A stretch of 64,000 nt of DNA, from assembly GCA_973895155.1 (NCBI GenBank), contig OZ316893.1, forward strand, positions 5,036,171 through 5,100,170, in the 5' to 3' direction. The notes beneath the pieces are model-generated. The model was not told where the DNA came from, made no database searches, and saw nothing but the letters and a program-made list of their open reading frames with translations. This document shows positions 26,454 through 40,600 of the stretch, piece by piece. Position 1 is the stretch's first letter. Every line of letters starts with the position of its first letter. This DNA comes from Marsupella aquatica. Lineage: Eukaryota > Plantae > Marchantiophyta. The position numbers and the translations under genes are program-made.

Positions 26454-28818
26454 GAAATTAGATGAGGAATATTGTAACTGCTATTTCACACGAGTGACCT
26501 TTGCCACTGGCAAGAAAGATATATCCTTAAAAGGCTGCTGCCATATATAGTGCTCTCTTTGTTTGAGATTCTGAATGGCAAGAAGTTGTTTTGACTGGTT
26601 TCCAGAAAATACTGGGTGGCCCTTTTAACCTTTCCCAGCCAAAAACTGTTTCAGTATACTTTTCCTTCTATTTTGCTCATACCCAGCCAAAACATGTGTC
26701 TCCTCAGCAAAAAAACATTGTCTTCCTAGGCATTTCATTTCATTTGAAGGTCATCAGTCTGTCATGTCTGAAATTTGATTAATTTGTTCCCCATTTCCCC
26801 AAATTGCCCGCATATTTTTCCACGTTATATTTTGGAGGCATGAGACATCATTTTTTAGAATCTATTTGCCATTTGGGCAACCCAGATTACTTGTATGGTA
26901 TTGTTGGCATGGGTAAGGTTATCCGCCTTGCATTTGGGGCAGGGGACCCGCAGACCAAAGTCCCTAGTATACTGTAATGTGGGATATCCCAACAGGAAGT
27001 TGCAAAATATCTTGGATTGTCGTTTCACAGCTTAAAAGAACAAATTAAAGTGGACAACAGAGAGGGGAGGGAGGTTGGTAAAACATCAACTACAATAATA
27101 TAGTAAGATGAGGCCCTTTTCTTTATTTGTCTTCAATTTAATGGTTTACTCACTCATTACTTGACTCACTAGGTGAACTAAACTCCAATAAAGCATATTA
27201 ACCTACACCTTGAAGAGCAAACCATCACCCTGACATATGTAGATGAACTTAAACTAAGGCCTTCTTTCCTAAAGGCCAAAAATGTCAAGGTGAGATGGTA
27301 TGACAAAAGATAAAATGTTGAGAAGAGAAAATGATGTTGAGGAGTGAAAAAGACGGCACTTAGATGAGAAAAAGACGTCAAGGCGAGGCAAGAAAATTAT
27401 ATAGGTTTGCAATGTAGTTATTGACATGCTATGTGTGATCCTGACTATGCAGTTGTTATGGTCATGTTCAATACTTGCACATTGTGAAAAAGATATCATT
27501 GCGTATAAGGTATCTATGTCAAAAATATAGACATTGTTGCAAAAGTGATAAGAGAGATAGGTGATGACAACAGAAGCAAACACATTCACACCGCCCTAGG
27601 TGGAGGGTGACATCCCCCCTCCTCTCCCACTTTTTACTGGGCTGCCTTTCGCTTCCCCCCTCACCCTAAAAAAACCCAATGAAAGGCAAGGGGGTCCCTT
27701 TTTCCTCCCTTTTCCCTCTAATTGCCTAATAATTATTATTCTCTACTTTGAACTTTATGTCTCCTAGTCTCTATCTCCTCAGAATAGTGTCCCAAGGGCC
27801 CCCATTTCAATGGCAACGCATGACACTCACATACATCAAGCTTATGCCATCATGCCATACTTTGTCTGTGTGCTTTGGGTTAGGGAGATTGTTTTTTGAG
27901 TTATGAAAGGCTAGGATAAAAGAGTGTATAATCCAATGGTAATCCCGATGGTCATGGAATGTTCCCTGGCTCCAAAAGTGATTTTGTAATTGGACTACCC
28001 ACCACTTTTGGCGGAATAGGGTATTACAGTAGTAAGATATCCTAGCAACCATCAGGTTGGCGCATGACTAAATAATTATTGAGAATGTGATACATTGAGA
28101 CAAGTTTTTTATATATAACACATTAGCATACATTTTTGGTAATGTTTGTGAAACTTGGTAAACATTATACAATTCATGTTTTAGAAGTGTTCGATGTTTA
28201 TTACTATAAATCACTCATTTAGCAGTGTTTACATTGATTTTAAAGCTAAGAAGAACATCTATTATAAATGGCATTGTGCTGTAATTTGAAAGATAAAAGT
28301 ACTGAGTTTTTGTGCAGGGCACCCGCAAACCCAGTAGTCTGTACCACTGTGACAGTAACTTAGGCCTGGCCAGCAGACCTGGTCACCGTAGTGGTATCAT
28401 GAAAAATCTTTGCAGTCTCTCCACGCTATATCAATCAAACTTTCCTGGGGCATCATTTGTTTCCAAACATCTGTTTCACCGGTCGAGTGAGGGAATGTGG
28501 TATTTCTATTAGTTTGAAATTTACAATTCTAGTTAGATTGTCAATTTATTTATGGCCAAGCAGGAGCCAAATGTTCTTTGTGTGAACTCTAGTTCCATAG
28601 ATTTATAGTTAAGCTGCACATTTTAATAAATCCAAATCATTGAAGTTTAGGGATTCTGTGTGAGGACAGGTTTGGCCAAGATTCATATTCCACATGAGCT
28701 TGTGACTTGGCCAAGTTTAGTTTGTACATGAGCTAACGTATACAGACAGATAATATTCAGTAACCAATACTACTTATATTGACTCCACACAAGTAGATGA
28801 AACTACCAATAATCGTGG

Positions 28819-29023
28819 AATTTTTTTTAAGTTGTTGCTTTTTGTATGTGATTATTGCAGGTTGTATTAATAAAATTACCAATTTTCACACAACAAAAGT
28901 CATTTGATTGTCACCAAAATTAATTTTTTTAAGTTGTTGCTTTTTGTATGTGATTATTGCAGGTTGTATTAATAAAATTACCAATTTTCACACAACAAAA
29001 GTCATTTGATTGTCACCAAAATT
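28819..29023. repeat. 102-bp tandem duplication
   Basis: AAGTTGTTGCTTTTTG...GTCACCAAAATT is repeated with period 102 and the copies look identical. Confidence 0.9.
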
Positions 29024-30857
29024 CCCAACTCAGATTTCATTACATGACCCTGGGCCAGAATAGCCAGGGTGTTAATCAATTGCCACCAAGGGGTGACATC
29101 TACAAGAGAAAAGTTCTCAAGGAGGTTCCATTACAATACATTCCTGTATACATACCAAACTTACGGGCAAGTTGGAAACCAACCCTTAAGCACACAGTCC
29201 ATTAAGTTTAAATGAGTTGAAAATCTCCTTGGTGGTACTTTCCAGTCAGACTAGTGCAAACCCATGATAGACTGAGCTTTGCCTTGAAGTGGCTGTTGCA
29301 TAGCTCGTTAAGTTCCTAAATAGTAGGAAAATTGCTATCAGCCATTTTTTTCTGTATTGTAAAACTTATTCAAGGTGGCTCCCTACTGGCCTATGGAGTA
29401 GGGAAAGTTGGCTGGTGCATCTGCTTTGGGTTGGAGCCAAGTGGAAAATAGTGTTAAGAGTAAGTTCACTGGTTAATCCCAAAGCTTTGGAGTGCACTCA
29501 GGTGGCATAAGGTAAATTAAACAGCTGCTCTAAAAACTTGAAATCACTTTTTGGGAAAACTTCCTGGGTCCACTAGCTCATTCTTGGGAAAATACTTCTA
29601 GGTCATTGTCAGCAACTGGTGACTATTGCATTGCATGGTAATGAGCAATTTTGTCCCATTTTTTCCAGAATTTAGCCCAAGTATCATTAGCATTCCCTTT
29701 TTCTAGATATATTTTTGGCAAATTTTTGCCCACAAAATAATGACTCTAGTGACCTCTAAGAGTTTTTAATAGTAGTGGATCGATAACCTTGAAGCCAGAA
29801 AAGGTGAAGTAATACTCCACATGCACTAAGTATGGAGTGGCAACTTCTCTGGCAACTTCCTAATCTATTGACTGTGAATAAAAAATGTTCTTCTATTAGC
29901 CTCTGCAATTATCATTGGCGGCCACTTGTCTCAACAAATCTCAGGTACTCAGGATTTTGTACAGGTTGCTTTCTCCACTATGCACGTACGAGGCCAACTA
30001 CCAAAGACGGATAAGAAGACTCGAGGAATCTTTTCTCTCTTTCCTTTTAGGCTCACATGCTATAATTTGTACAGTTCAACATTTTTGTTCTATCTTCTCA
30101 AGATTTGGTAGTAGTATTCTGACCTATCCTGAGATACAGGTTTCAGTTTTGAGATCCCACCACAGCTCACTTCACTTCGTTCAGTTAATAAAAGAATAGT
30201 ACTAACATTTGTACCGGGTAGTTGATTGCTAGTACCATGGACCAAGACCATACTGGCTTTTTCCCTAACCCATATATCTATTCAATAAAACATGATCAAA
30301 TGCTAGTGTAAGGGCTGATGGCCTACAACAAAGCCTCTAGACCTTGACTCTGGGGCACAACTACAATTGGGGGTGGAGTGAAAAGGGCAGGCTGGTCCTT
30401 GGGCATTTGGGCCCAGCGTTTGCACTAATAGATACTAAGATTACAACAGTTGTAGACATTCAAGAAAATATTTGTGAAATGCAAACCTTAGAGGCTTGTC
30501 CATTGTGTAATTTTGCTATCTCACCCATGTACTCTCTCACAGTTATAAGGGCTGAAGACTTCCACAATAGCCTAGATGGCGTCCATTAATGCCCTACCCT
30601 TACCAGGCCACTGTATTGAATACTTTCTATAATACTCGTACCATTGCAACTCACACTCCATGGATCGTCGAAAACATCATCTTTTACTCAAACTAGCCTG
30701 AGTACCCGTTCCTTGAACATCTTACTAATAAAGCGCGAAGTGAACCCTACTGTTCACTGCCTACGGTCTAGAGTGAAGCCTCTAGACCGTAACTCTGGGG
30801 GCGTAGGAAAATTGAGGGTGCCGGGTGCGGGTGGAAATCAAGGGTGAACCACTGTAA

Positions 30858-31050
30858 TAGGTTTGGAAGTGAAGCGGCTTGGAAGTGAAGCGGCGTGACC
30901 TATCTGGCTCTGTCACTGCAGAACACAAGGGAGCTGCGTGGAGCTGTGTGGGAATAGAAGCTGCGTGGAGCTGTGTGGGAATGGAAGTCGATCTGGCTCT
31001 GTCAATGAGGAACAGAAGGGAGCTGTGTGGAATGGAAGTGGATCCACGAT
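30858..31050. repeat. Degenerate GGAAGTG/GCTGTGTGGGAAT repeat cluster (related copy near 32780-32840)
   Basis: Repeated AGCTGCGTGGAGCTGTGTGGGAAT and GGCTCTGTCA..GAACA.AAGGG. Confidence 0.6.
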
Positions 31051-31512
31051 GGCACATGGAAAAACAGGGAGCCGAATGTGAATGCAAGGGAAGCTCAGCT
31101 GCCTGATAGATTTGCCTTTTGATTTCGCTTTGCCATTTTAATTTTGAATTTGGGTGAGTGGACTGATTATCGATTGATTAAGATTGCTTGACGTTTTGCA
31201 GATTTATTGTGAGCGGCATTACTTCTCTACAAAAAGGCAAGCATAGCAATTAAGCTTGAGACTAGAAGAATCAAGGCTGCATGACCACCTTCCTACGTTC
31301 GGTAATGTTCCTTACCTTCACTGATAGAATGGCCACTTCAGTTGCGCATCTCTCTTAACCCCTCTTTGCTTTGAAACGTCGGCAATAAGGTCGGCAGTAA
31401 GCTGATCCGGGTTTGAGTTGCTCCATCGATCGATGTGCTTTGATTATCCTCGCAGCGTTGTAGACCTTATAGTGAGCTGGCTGGCAGGCACTCTTCTTGG
31501 TTACGATCTATT

Positions 31513-31640
31513 GTAGGGATCTGGGAGGGACTCGGGAAGATTTCCTGCAAGGATCCGGGAGCGGCTCGGGAAGAATTGTTGCAGGGATTTGGCAAGGACT
31601 CGGGAAGATTTCCTGCAAGGATCCGGGAGGGCTCGGGATG
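31513..31640. repeat. About 34/68-bp tandem repeat
   Basis: GACTCGGGAAGATTTCCTGCAAGGATCCGGGAG occurs twice, with variant half-units between. Confidence 0.8.
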
Positions 31641-33400
31641 GTGCAAGACGGCTCCAATTGCCATGATTGAGCCTAGCTGGGATTTCTATGTTCCTAATCC
31701 CGAGCGTGGCTTTGTGACTATTGAGGTTATCAGTGGACTTGCAGAGTGTTGTGACAGGTGAGTTTCTTCATTTCGCATAATTGCTAAGACTTTGAGTCGC
31801 TGCAATGCTACTACCCGGATTTGAAGGACAGTAGCAGACTCCGCTTAGAGTGCCTGGCGTTTGGTGAAATCTCACTACAGACCCAACGTTGCGTAGTGCT
31901 ATGGAGCATAAATCGAACTTATATGGAGCAAAAAGAAATTGCGATGAACAAGTGCGGAGGAACTGAGCTGAAATTGAGTGAGGTATGATCAACTGAGAAG
32001 GAGCAGGACATCCTAGGCACTGCGAACAGAGTTTGCAATAGAAGAGCAATGTCAAAGCACTTAATTGACAACCCAAAGCGCAACAAATGGAGTTGGAAGT
32101 GATTTAGCTTTCCATTCAAAATATTCCTCTGCCCCGTTGGTACGCCTGTGAACGAAAAATTGAGGTAAAGGATTTCTCGGGGAGGAAATGGCGAAAATGG
32201 CGGTGACTGCTATGAAAATCCACAAGACTATACCAAATGTTCGGTATCCATAGCATTGAATTAAGTAGCACAATCCTGCACCAGACGACGGCTGCTGCAC
32301 TCCAATAAGACATGAGTCAAGGAGGTCCGGCGTGGGGAGGACTCTTGGCAACACTGGCGGTCATCGTCGTCCCTTTTTAATCCCTCAGATGACACGAACA
32401 GCCCGCAAGATCATTGTCAGTATCACCTCTTTTCAATTCTCTCTCTGTAAAATTTGCGTCAAACGGTCATAGAATTCCTTCAATTCTTCCATTTCAAGTC
32501 CTCGAACGTAATTAGAATTTTATGTCACTTTGAGAGGGCGGAAATTAGCTCATAGAAAGGTTCCAATTCAGGCTATACATTTCCAATTTCGAATTCAAGT
32601 TATCGCTTCTTTCCCATCTACAATCGAAAGCAACAGTAGAGTCGTGCGCTCATGGTTCTGAGAGTCCTATATCTCATTCAGCAGGATACTTCACTCAGAC
32701 ATGGACTGATAGCTCCAAACTCTGTGTAACGGGACACAATTGTGACAACCATTGAAAGGCTAATCGTTTTGAATTGCTTGGGAACACAGCTACGTGGGAG
32801 TGGAAGTGGATAGGCTCTGTCACTTGGGAACACAAGGGCGCGGAACGGTACTGCATCAGCAGGGGAAGGAGTTTGGATTGGAGTGTGGCAAATGTTAGCT
32901 TAGATTAGATGAGCCTAACTTAAGAAGCAGGACAAGCTTGACCGTGAAATATTGGGAAGGAGAGGATTTTTCTGTGTCACAAGGCGTTCTGAAGTGAGGG
33001 TTTTGGGTCGGGTGATAGAGACGAAGACGTGAAGAATTGTTGGAGAGAGCCTACAGGGGGTTAGGCCCGTGGCTGGCACCATAGCTACGCTGCGTCTCGC
33101 TTCTCCGACCGGGCCGAGCCTCTCGCGTCCGAGGTCTGATGCTGAACCCCTCCCTGCCCTCTCAGTCTGTGTCTTCCTCTGGAAAGACTGGAATGATTCG
33201 TTCAGTCGTCTGTCTTTGTCGCCCGCTCGGCTTTTTGCTCTGGTGGTGGGAGGAGGAGTGGAACTTGGGAGTGGGGACTACCGTCTTCCCATAACAAATC
33301 TGGACGAGATGGAACGGTTCTTGGGAGCGGCGAGAGCAAAGGGGCGTTGAGGAATTTGAGCGCAGTGAGGAGAAGTTCGTCAGCCTCCGATAGCCCAAGA

Positions 33401-33628
33401 ATGAAGCCGGGAGGTATTTCATCCCCAAACAGCGGCACCACACGGAGGACGATGAGTGGGAGGTACGTCTCGGTCTCTCGAGAGGAAGAGGAGTCCATGG
33501 ATTTTTCCAGAGACATCAGCTCCAATTTCCCCTACTTGGTGCACATCCCTCCAACTCCAGACAATCAACCCATGTCCGGGACCAACACCCCGAGGCATTG
33601 CAGGTAAAGCAGAGCAGCAATTTGTGTT
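33401..33628 (+). pseudogene. CSLD: Cellulose synthase-like D (CSLD) N-terminal fragment
   Basis: RRTMSGRYVSVSRE...YLVHIPPTPDNQPM...IAGKAEQQFV matches the CSLD N-terminal signature (RRTSSGRYVS; HIPPTPDNQP; KAEEQYV). Truncated, with a frameshift. Confidence 0.8.
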
Positions 33629-34689
33629 AGGGAGTGGGACTAGGGACTCATCAATTTACGATCTGCTGCAGGGATCCAAGAGGGTAGCATGACGGCTCCA
33701 AGTGCGAGGAAGAGCTGGGAAAGGTGAGTGCCCTCTCCTTGAATGTTACCGGCTGATCTGACTTTGTCAGGAGTTGCTTTCCACTCTTGCTAAAGCAAAA
33801 AGGAGTCACAGCTCTTGCTTGAATTGATTTGGGCATTCAGTTTCTAAGTGCATCCTTTCCTGCTGTCTGCACAAAACCGCTCTCGCTGAGTCTCCCTCGC
33901 CTCCTGCTTCAGCTGCTGTCCATAAGAGATCTGTTTACCGAGTTTTGACTTGCGTCGGGAGCATTCAACATTTCTATGAGCTCTTATTTGCTAGCTCGTA
34001 GTTAGTTTTGACTCCGGTAGGATTTGATGATGACCATGTTGAGGACCGACTTGATGTGTGAGTATTACTTTTGACTATGAATCTGTGTGAGTTTAGGGTC
34101 TGAGTGTGAGTCGAATCTAATTGTGCTCGGTAAATGGGTGTCGGTGTGTCCAGGAGAAAGGAGGTTGAAAGGAGGTTGGTGCTGCAGTTCATGGTCGAGA
34201 GATAGCATCAATATTTGGTGAACTTTGGGAACCAATCTGGTACTACCTCAATGGATTTTTGGTCGTTGCAGAGACACTGGCATCAGTGGTTGCGGCAACA
34301 GTAGAGTAGACAGCACATTTAGAGGGCAGGCAGAAGAGTAGTCAATGACAAGAGAGCAGTGAGATAAGCAGTCCGTTCCAGCCTTTTCTTTCATCCCTTT
34401 CACCAAGACAAAGTGCTCAAGATATGATGGTTAAGTGACCATCATAGCATATCAAATTAGTGATAGAGTTTAGATTGCTAAATTTTGGTCCAAGATAGAG
34501 GCATCCAAGATAGAGGCATCTGAGATAGAAAATAGTTGAGTCATGTAAAACATGGCTTTGTATGTGATGGTTGATCACAATCATTTTATGAATAAATTTG
34601 AGCAATCCTTTATACTTCATACATTTTCTTATCCAAAATTTGTTCTCCTCTATTTTGTAGATATAAATATGATCTAGATGTGCACAACA

Positions 34690-37600
34690 ATGGCAAACCA
34701 AAGGGTTTTGAATGATATTACTAATTTGTCAACCACGGTTGGACAAGTCATTTCTTTTCCAAGGTATTAATGTAGATATTACTAATTTCATCACTCTCCT
34801 CTTCTCTATTTTATAAGCAAAATGCATAATTAAAATTTGTTTGCTAGGAAAAATGGATCATTTATATCTAATTTTGACTTTTATTTTATTCTTAGGCATG
34901 TTGATTCTACCCTTATCATAAATGAAAGGGAAACTATTCGCATCAATGAACCAAGACGAGAAGAATGTCTTCCGATCGAAAGAGTAGATCTCTCATATGA
35001 AGTTGAAGAGCCATATGAATTTGAGGGACCAGCACGAGCATCATTGAGAGTTGGCGAGACTGTTGACACTGTGAGAAAGACAAATAAAGCCAAATATATG
35101 CGAGAATGGCGTGCACGGCAACGAGCCAAAAGATTAGATGCACAAGTAGACGGAGAAGTTCCTGAGGTTATCGTGGCAAACAAAGCAGCTAAACGGGCTA
35201 GACAACAAAAGGATCGACGCGCAATTGAAAAAACAAGGAACATTCATGTTGTTGCAGAGGATTCAGAAATGCTTCATATCAGGTATTAATTTTTGTTTAA
35301 AAATTTTGATGTGTGTTTGCATCCAGGCTACATTTCTATCAAGATTTATTTTAATCTTAATTATATTTTTTGATAGGGAATTACCCATTGTTGGAGAGGC
35401 ACAATTACCTCCACAACTTTTGGATTCAAATTCGTGTGTAACATTGGTGCCCATGTAAGTTTTCCTTTCTAAAAGATTTTGATACTGTTTTGACATGCAC
35501 TTCTAAAAATGCCTTATATTGATCTTCACGCTCAAATACTCAAGTCATTAGGAATACTAATTTTTTTCATTGAAGATTACAACTTATTGTGATATAATTT
35601 CATTGACTTACATTTTTGTTACTACACAGGGACCCAATTATTGTTGCCAATGTTCCAGAACCTCCACAACTTCCTTCTTCAAATCAATGTTTAACACCAG
35701 TTGTAAATGATCCATCTCCAATGTAAGTTCTAAGATATTATCATTTTTTGAAATTTCATAATGCAACCATTTTTAAAACATGACTATGAATTATTGCTAT
35801 TATTACAGGTTACCCATGCCTCTCATTCGAAGAAGCCTCCGAGATGAACAAATGCTCGCTAGAGCCGAGGGGCAAAGAAATAGACGGGCAAGGATAATTA
35901 ATGAGTCTAAATTTGGGCCTCTTATGACACGACATGGATCTACCTCTAGGTATGAAGCAAATTTATTTTCTTCTCATAAGCCATGAGTAAAATATGATTT
36001 CTACTTTGAAATGTAAATAATATTTTATGTTGTTTATTGTTCTTCACTAGGGAACCGTCTCACAATGAAGATGATATAGTGCCTCCACAAATTACGATCA
36101 ACCCACCATGCTGTCGCACAAGTCGTGTTCCACATCTGTCAACTATGTATGTTGAGAACTCTTCAATTTTACAGTTCAAACTTCTACTTTGTTAAAGTTT
36201 ATTGTTGGACTGTTTATTAGATCTAATAGTTTATTATTTATAGGATTTGGTTACTTTAAGTTGGTTACTTTGAGGAGATAATTGGCTTATCTTTGATTTT
36301 GATTGGTTTTTCAGCAACCTAGCACGTCATCGCATATTTGATGAGTATCATGTGTTTCACTTGAAACTACGAGGTCAAACAAATCAAGAGAGTGGTCACC
36401 ATTACCTTGGACGCATGAATGTGGTGTGCCCATCATGTAAAGCTTTGCATTGGGCAGGGGAGAAGGTGAGTTCTACAAAATTTAAGGACTCTCCATTTGG
36501 CAAATGTTGTAGTCATGGTAGGGTGGATTTACCACCATTGCGATCTCTTCCTCCATTATTGGCAACATTGGTCTCAGGTGAGGGACCAACAAGTAAGAAG
36601 TTCTTGAGTCATATTCGAGCTTATAACTCAGCACTTTAGCTTGCATCCACCGGTGCTAACATGTCCGAAGAAGTACATGGTGGCATAAAACATCTTCGCA
36701 TTCAAGGTGGGATCTATCATTCTATTGGTCCTCTTTATCCTGAGGTAGGACAACCCCCAAAATTTGCTCAACTTTACATTTATGACACTAAGCACGAGAT
36801 AGAAAATAGAGGCAGGGTAATTACTGATGGTATTGAGATTGAGACTTTGAGAGGATTACAGAATCTTATGCGTGAGCATAATGCATATGTGCGATCTTTT
36901 CAAGCTATAGCATGTGAAGTTAGTAGTCAAAATGTGCGCATTGTATTGAAAGCTAGCGAGAGAGGTCTTGATGCTAGACGTTATAACTTGCCGGTAGCAT
37001 CGGAGGTTGCAGCCATTATTCCTGGAGATGGAAGTGAGGAGGTTGGTCCACGTGATATCATTGTATACTTGCATGGAGGAGGGGTACGTCGTATATCTGA
37101 TCTCAATCAGGCATATATTCCTTTGCATTTTGTTATGCTATTTCCATATGGTGAGGCAGGATGGCATATAGGCATTCGAAAATAGAGTTCTTCTATATTA
37201 GAAGAGACAACTGCTATGGAAAGTGAAGAGGGTGTGGTGGAGAATATTATTCACGAGAGGGCCCACGACAATGTCATGGATAATGATGCATATGCAGATA
37301 CAGGAACCAAGAATGTTACCCCTTTGGAGTTTGCCTCATTTAGGCTTCATACACGAGAAGATAATCTTATAGAGTGCATGGATGGTAGCAGGCTGACACG
37401 TTTTGATAGGCTTTACCAAGAGTACATGGTAGATGTTTATGCCACTATTGAGAGCCAGAGGTTGACCTATATACGTACCCATCAACCTCAGTTAAGAGCG
37501 CATCTATATCAGGGGGTTCAAGATGCAGTGACGAGACATGATCATGCAGCAGATATTGGAAGACGCATCATACTACCTTCAAGCTTTATAGGAGGTCCAC

Positions 37601-40600
37601 GTCATATGCACCAGTTATTTCAGGATGCCATGGCTATTGTTAGGCATTTTGGCAAGCCTGATTATTTCTTGACAATGACATGCAATCCTACATGGAAGGA
37701 GATCACGGATGAGCTGGTATGTAGCAACCAAAAAGCAGCTAATCATTTTGACTTGATTGCTAGGGTGTTTGAACAAAAGAAAAAGACATTGTTAGATCTA
37801 CTAAAAAATCAAAAGATTTTGGGTAATTGTGTGGCAAAGATACATACTATAGAATTTCAAAAAAGAGGTTTGCCACACATTCATCTTTTGATGTGCATGG
37901 GTTATGAGGACAAACCACGAAATGCTACCCAGATTGATGATGTTATTTCGAATGAGATACCAGATCCTATTTTGCATCCAAGTCTTTATCAAACTGTGGT
38001 TACTTGCATGATGCATGGACCATGTGGTGCCCAAATGCGAAATGCTCCATGCATGAAAAATGGAGTGTGCTCAAAAGGTTTTCCAAAACCTTTTGCCTCC
38101 CACACCACATTGAATGAGGATGGATACCCGACATATCGCAGGTGCATTGATTTCAATTACTTATATATCACGCTTTCATGTAATTATATTATATTTATAT
38201 GTGTATATAGTTATATTTACCTATGATTTTTTTTTACTTTATAAACATTGCAGACGAGATGATGGTCGTACGGTGAAGAAGAAAAACTGTTTCTTAGACA
38301 ATCGTTGGGTGGTGCCATACAATAAATTATTTTGCACACTTTTTGATTGTCACATAAATCTTGAAGTGACAAGTGGCATTGCTGCTGTGAAGTATATTTA
38401 TAAATATGTGTATAAGGGATCCGATGCAATTTTGGTCCGATTATCACGAGCTGGTGGCACAATTGAGACGGAGGCAACAGTAGATGAGGTCTCAAAATAT
38501 CGAGATGCACGGTATTTATTTCATTTTATATTTCTATTCTATTTTTTCTAATTCATTAATCAATTTCATCTTTTTCAATAGTGTACGTGAATTGTGTTAA
38601 GAGTTTTTGTACAATTATTATTTGATTCCATTTGAGGATTTCTCAAATCATACTAATATTTTTGTTTGTAGATACATCTCATCTGTTGAAGCATGTTGGC
38701 GCATTTTCAAGTTTCGTTTGCATTCGGAAGAGCCAAGTATTGTTCGATTAACTGTTCATCTTGAGAATGAGCAAAGTATAGTTTTTGGTGAGAATGTAAC
38801 GACCGAGGAGATTTTACAATGGAGGGTTGCAACCACATTGACAGAATGGTTTGCAACGAATGTTAGTGATCCTGAGGCACGACAATATAAATACCATGAG
38901 TTTCCACTTCATTATAGTTGGAACAAGAACAAAAAAAAGTGGATCATCCGTAAGAAAAAGATTAAGGGCTGCGGATATCCCATCGGTCGTTTATATTTGA
39001 CTCATCCAGGTATTATTTTTATCTTGACCTAATTGTACTCAAATAATTGAATTCATTATTATATTTAAAATATTTATTTTAATGAATTTTTATTATGCAG
39101 GTGAAGGAGAACGTCATTGGATGCGGTTACTTCTTCATCATATTAAAGGGGCTATTGGATATGACAGTTTGAAAACAATTGGTAATGTAATCATGCCCAC
39201 TTTTAAGGAGGCAGCAATTAAGTTGGGACTCTTGGAAGATGATTCAGAGGTTATTGACTGTTTGAGGGAATGTTCAGAGATTCGGACTGGACGTGCAGTC
39301 CGTCAACTTTTTGCCATCATTCTTCTTTACAACACACCTGCACGCCCTAAAGAGTTATGGGATCAATTTGTAACATCCATGACAGAGGATCTATTGTATT
39401 TGAGACGTCAGGTATTCTTTTCTACATAAATCCATTTTTATTCATGAGGCATAACTTCTAATGAAATGATTTAATGTGCTACATTTATCTTGCAAACTAA
39501 CATTGGTAAACCACATTGTATTTGTAGGAGTTTGGGATGTCTGATCTTCCTCAACATTCTGTTATCAATAATGCATTGTTGGAAATTGACCGTTATTTAC
39601 AAGATCACAACAAACGATTGTCTCATTTTTCTGATATGTATCAAGCAAATTTTATTTGCAATGAAGAGGCTCATTCTCATTTGGAGTTAGAGAAACTCTC
39701 ATATGATCGTATTGCACTACGTGCATGTGCATTGGAGGGAGAAGAAAAACTAAATGATGAACAAAATTTAATTTGGCAACAAGTGAATGATGTCTGTGAG
39801 ACCGTATTGCAAGGTGAATCTCCTCGGGTAAGTATATACATTACCTTTCATATAGCTTTGCAACATGATTATGAGATGCTTTATTTGACACTATGAATAA
39901 ATTTCATGTCTAACTCAAGATTTTTATTTTATCTAGGAGCATCTATTCTTTATTGATGGACCAGGTGGAACTGGAAAGACATTTTTGTATAATCTTCTAC
40001 TAGCAAGGGTGAGATGTGAAGGGCACATTGCTCTTGCCGTGACATCATCGAGGATTGCAGCCTTACTACTACAGGGAGGTCGCACGGCACATTCATGATT
40101 CAAGATTCCACTCATTGTTCACGAAAGCTCTACTTGCAAGTAAGAAGTAAAAATTGTGTTTATAGTGAAATTGAGTTCATAAAAAATACTAATTTATGAG
40201 ATTTTGAGCTATTGGTTTAGAGATATAGTACAAATGTTATTTTTTCATATTTTTTTGTGATGATGATGTGCAGCATAGTAATGGAGAGTGAAGTCGCGCG
40301 CTTGATCCGATGCGCATTATTGATCATATGGGATGAAGCACCCATGACTCATAGACATGCCTTTGAGGCTGTTAGCCGGACACTTCAAGATATCATGAAG
40401 AGTAACTTGCCGTTTGGAGGAAAATTGATGGTTTTTGGTGGTGATTTTCGCCAAGTGCTTCCTGTAGTTCGACATGGAGATCAAGCAGCCATCATTCGAG
40501 CCACCTTCAAAAGATCTTCTATATGGTCAAAGATAAAAGTGATGAGGCTAAGTGAGAACATGAGAGTAAAAACACTAGAAGGTATGTTATATTGTCAAGA

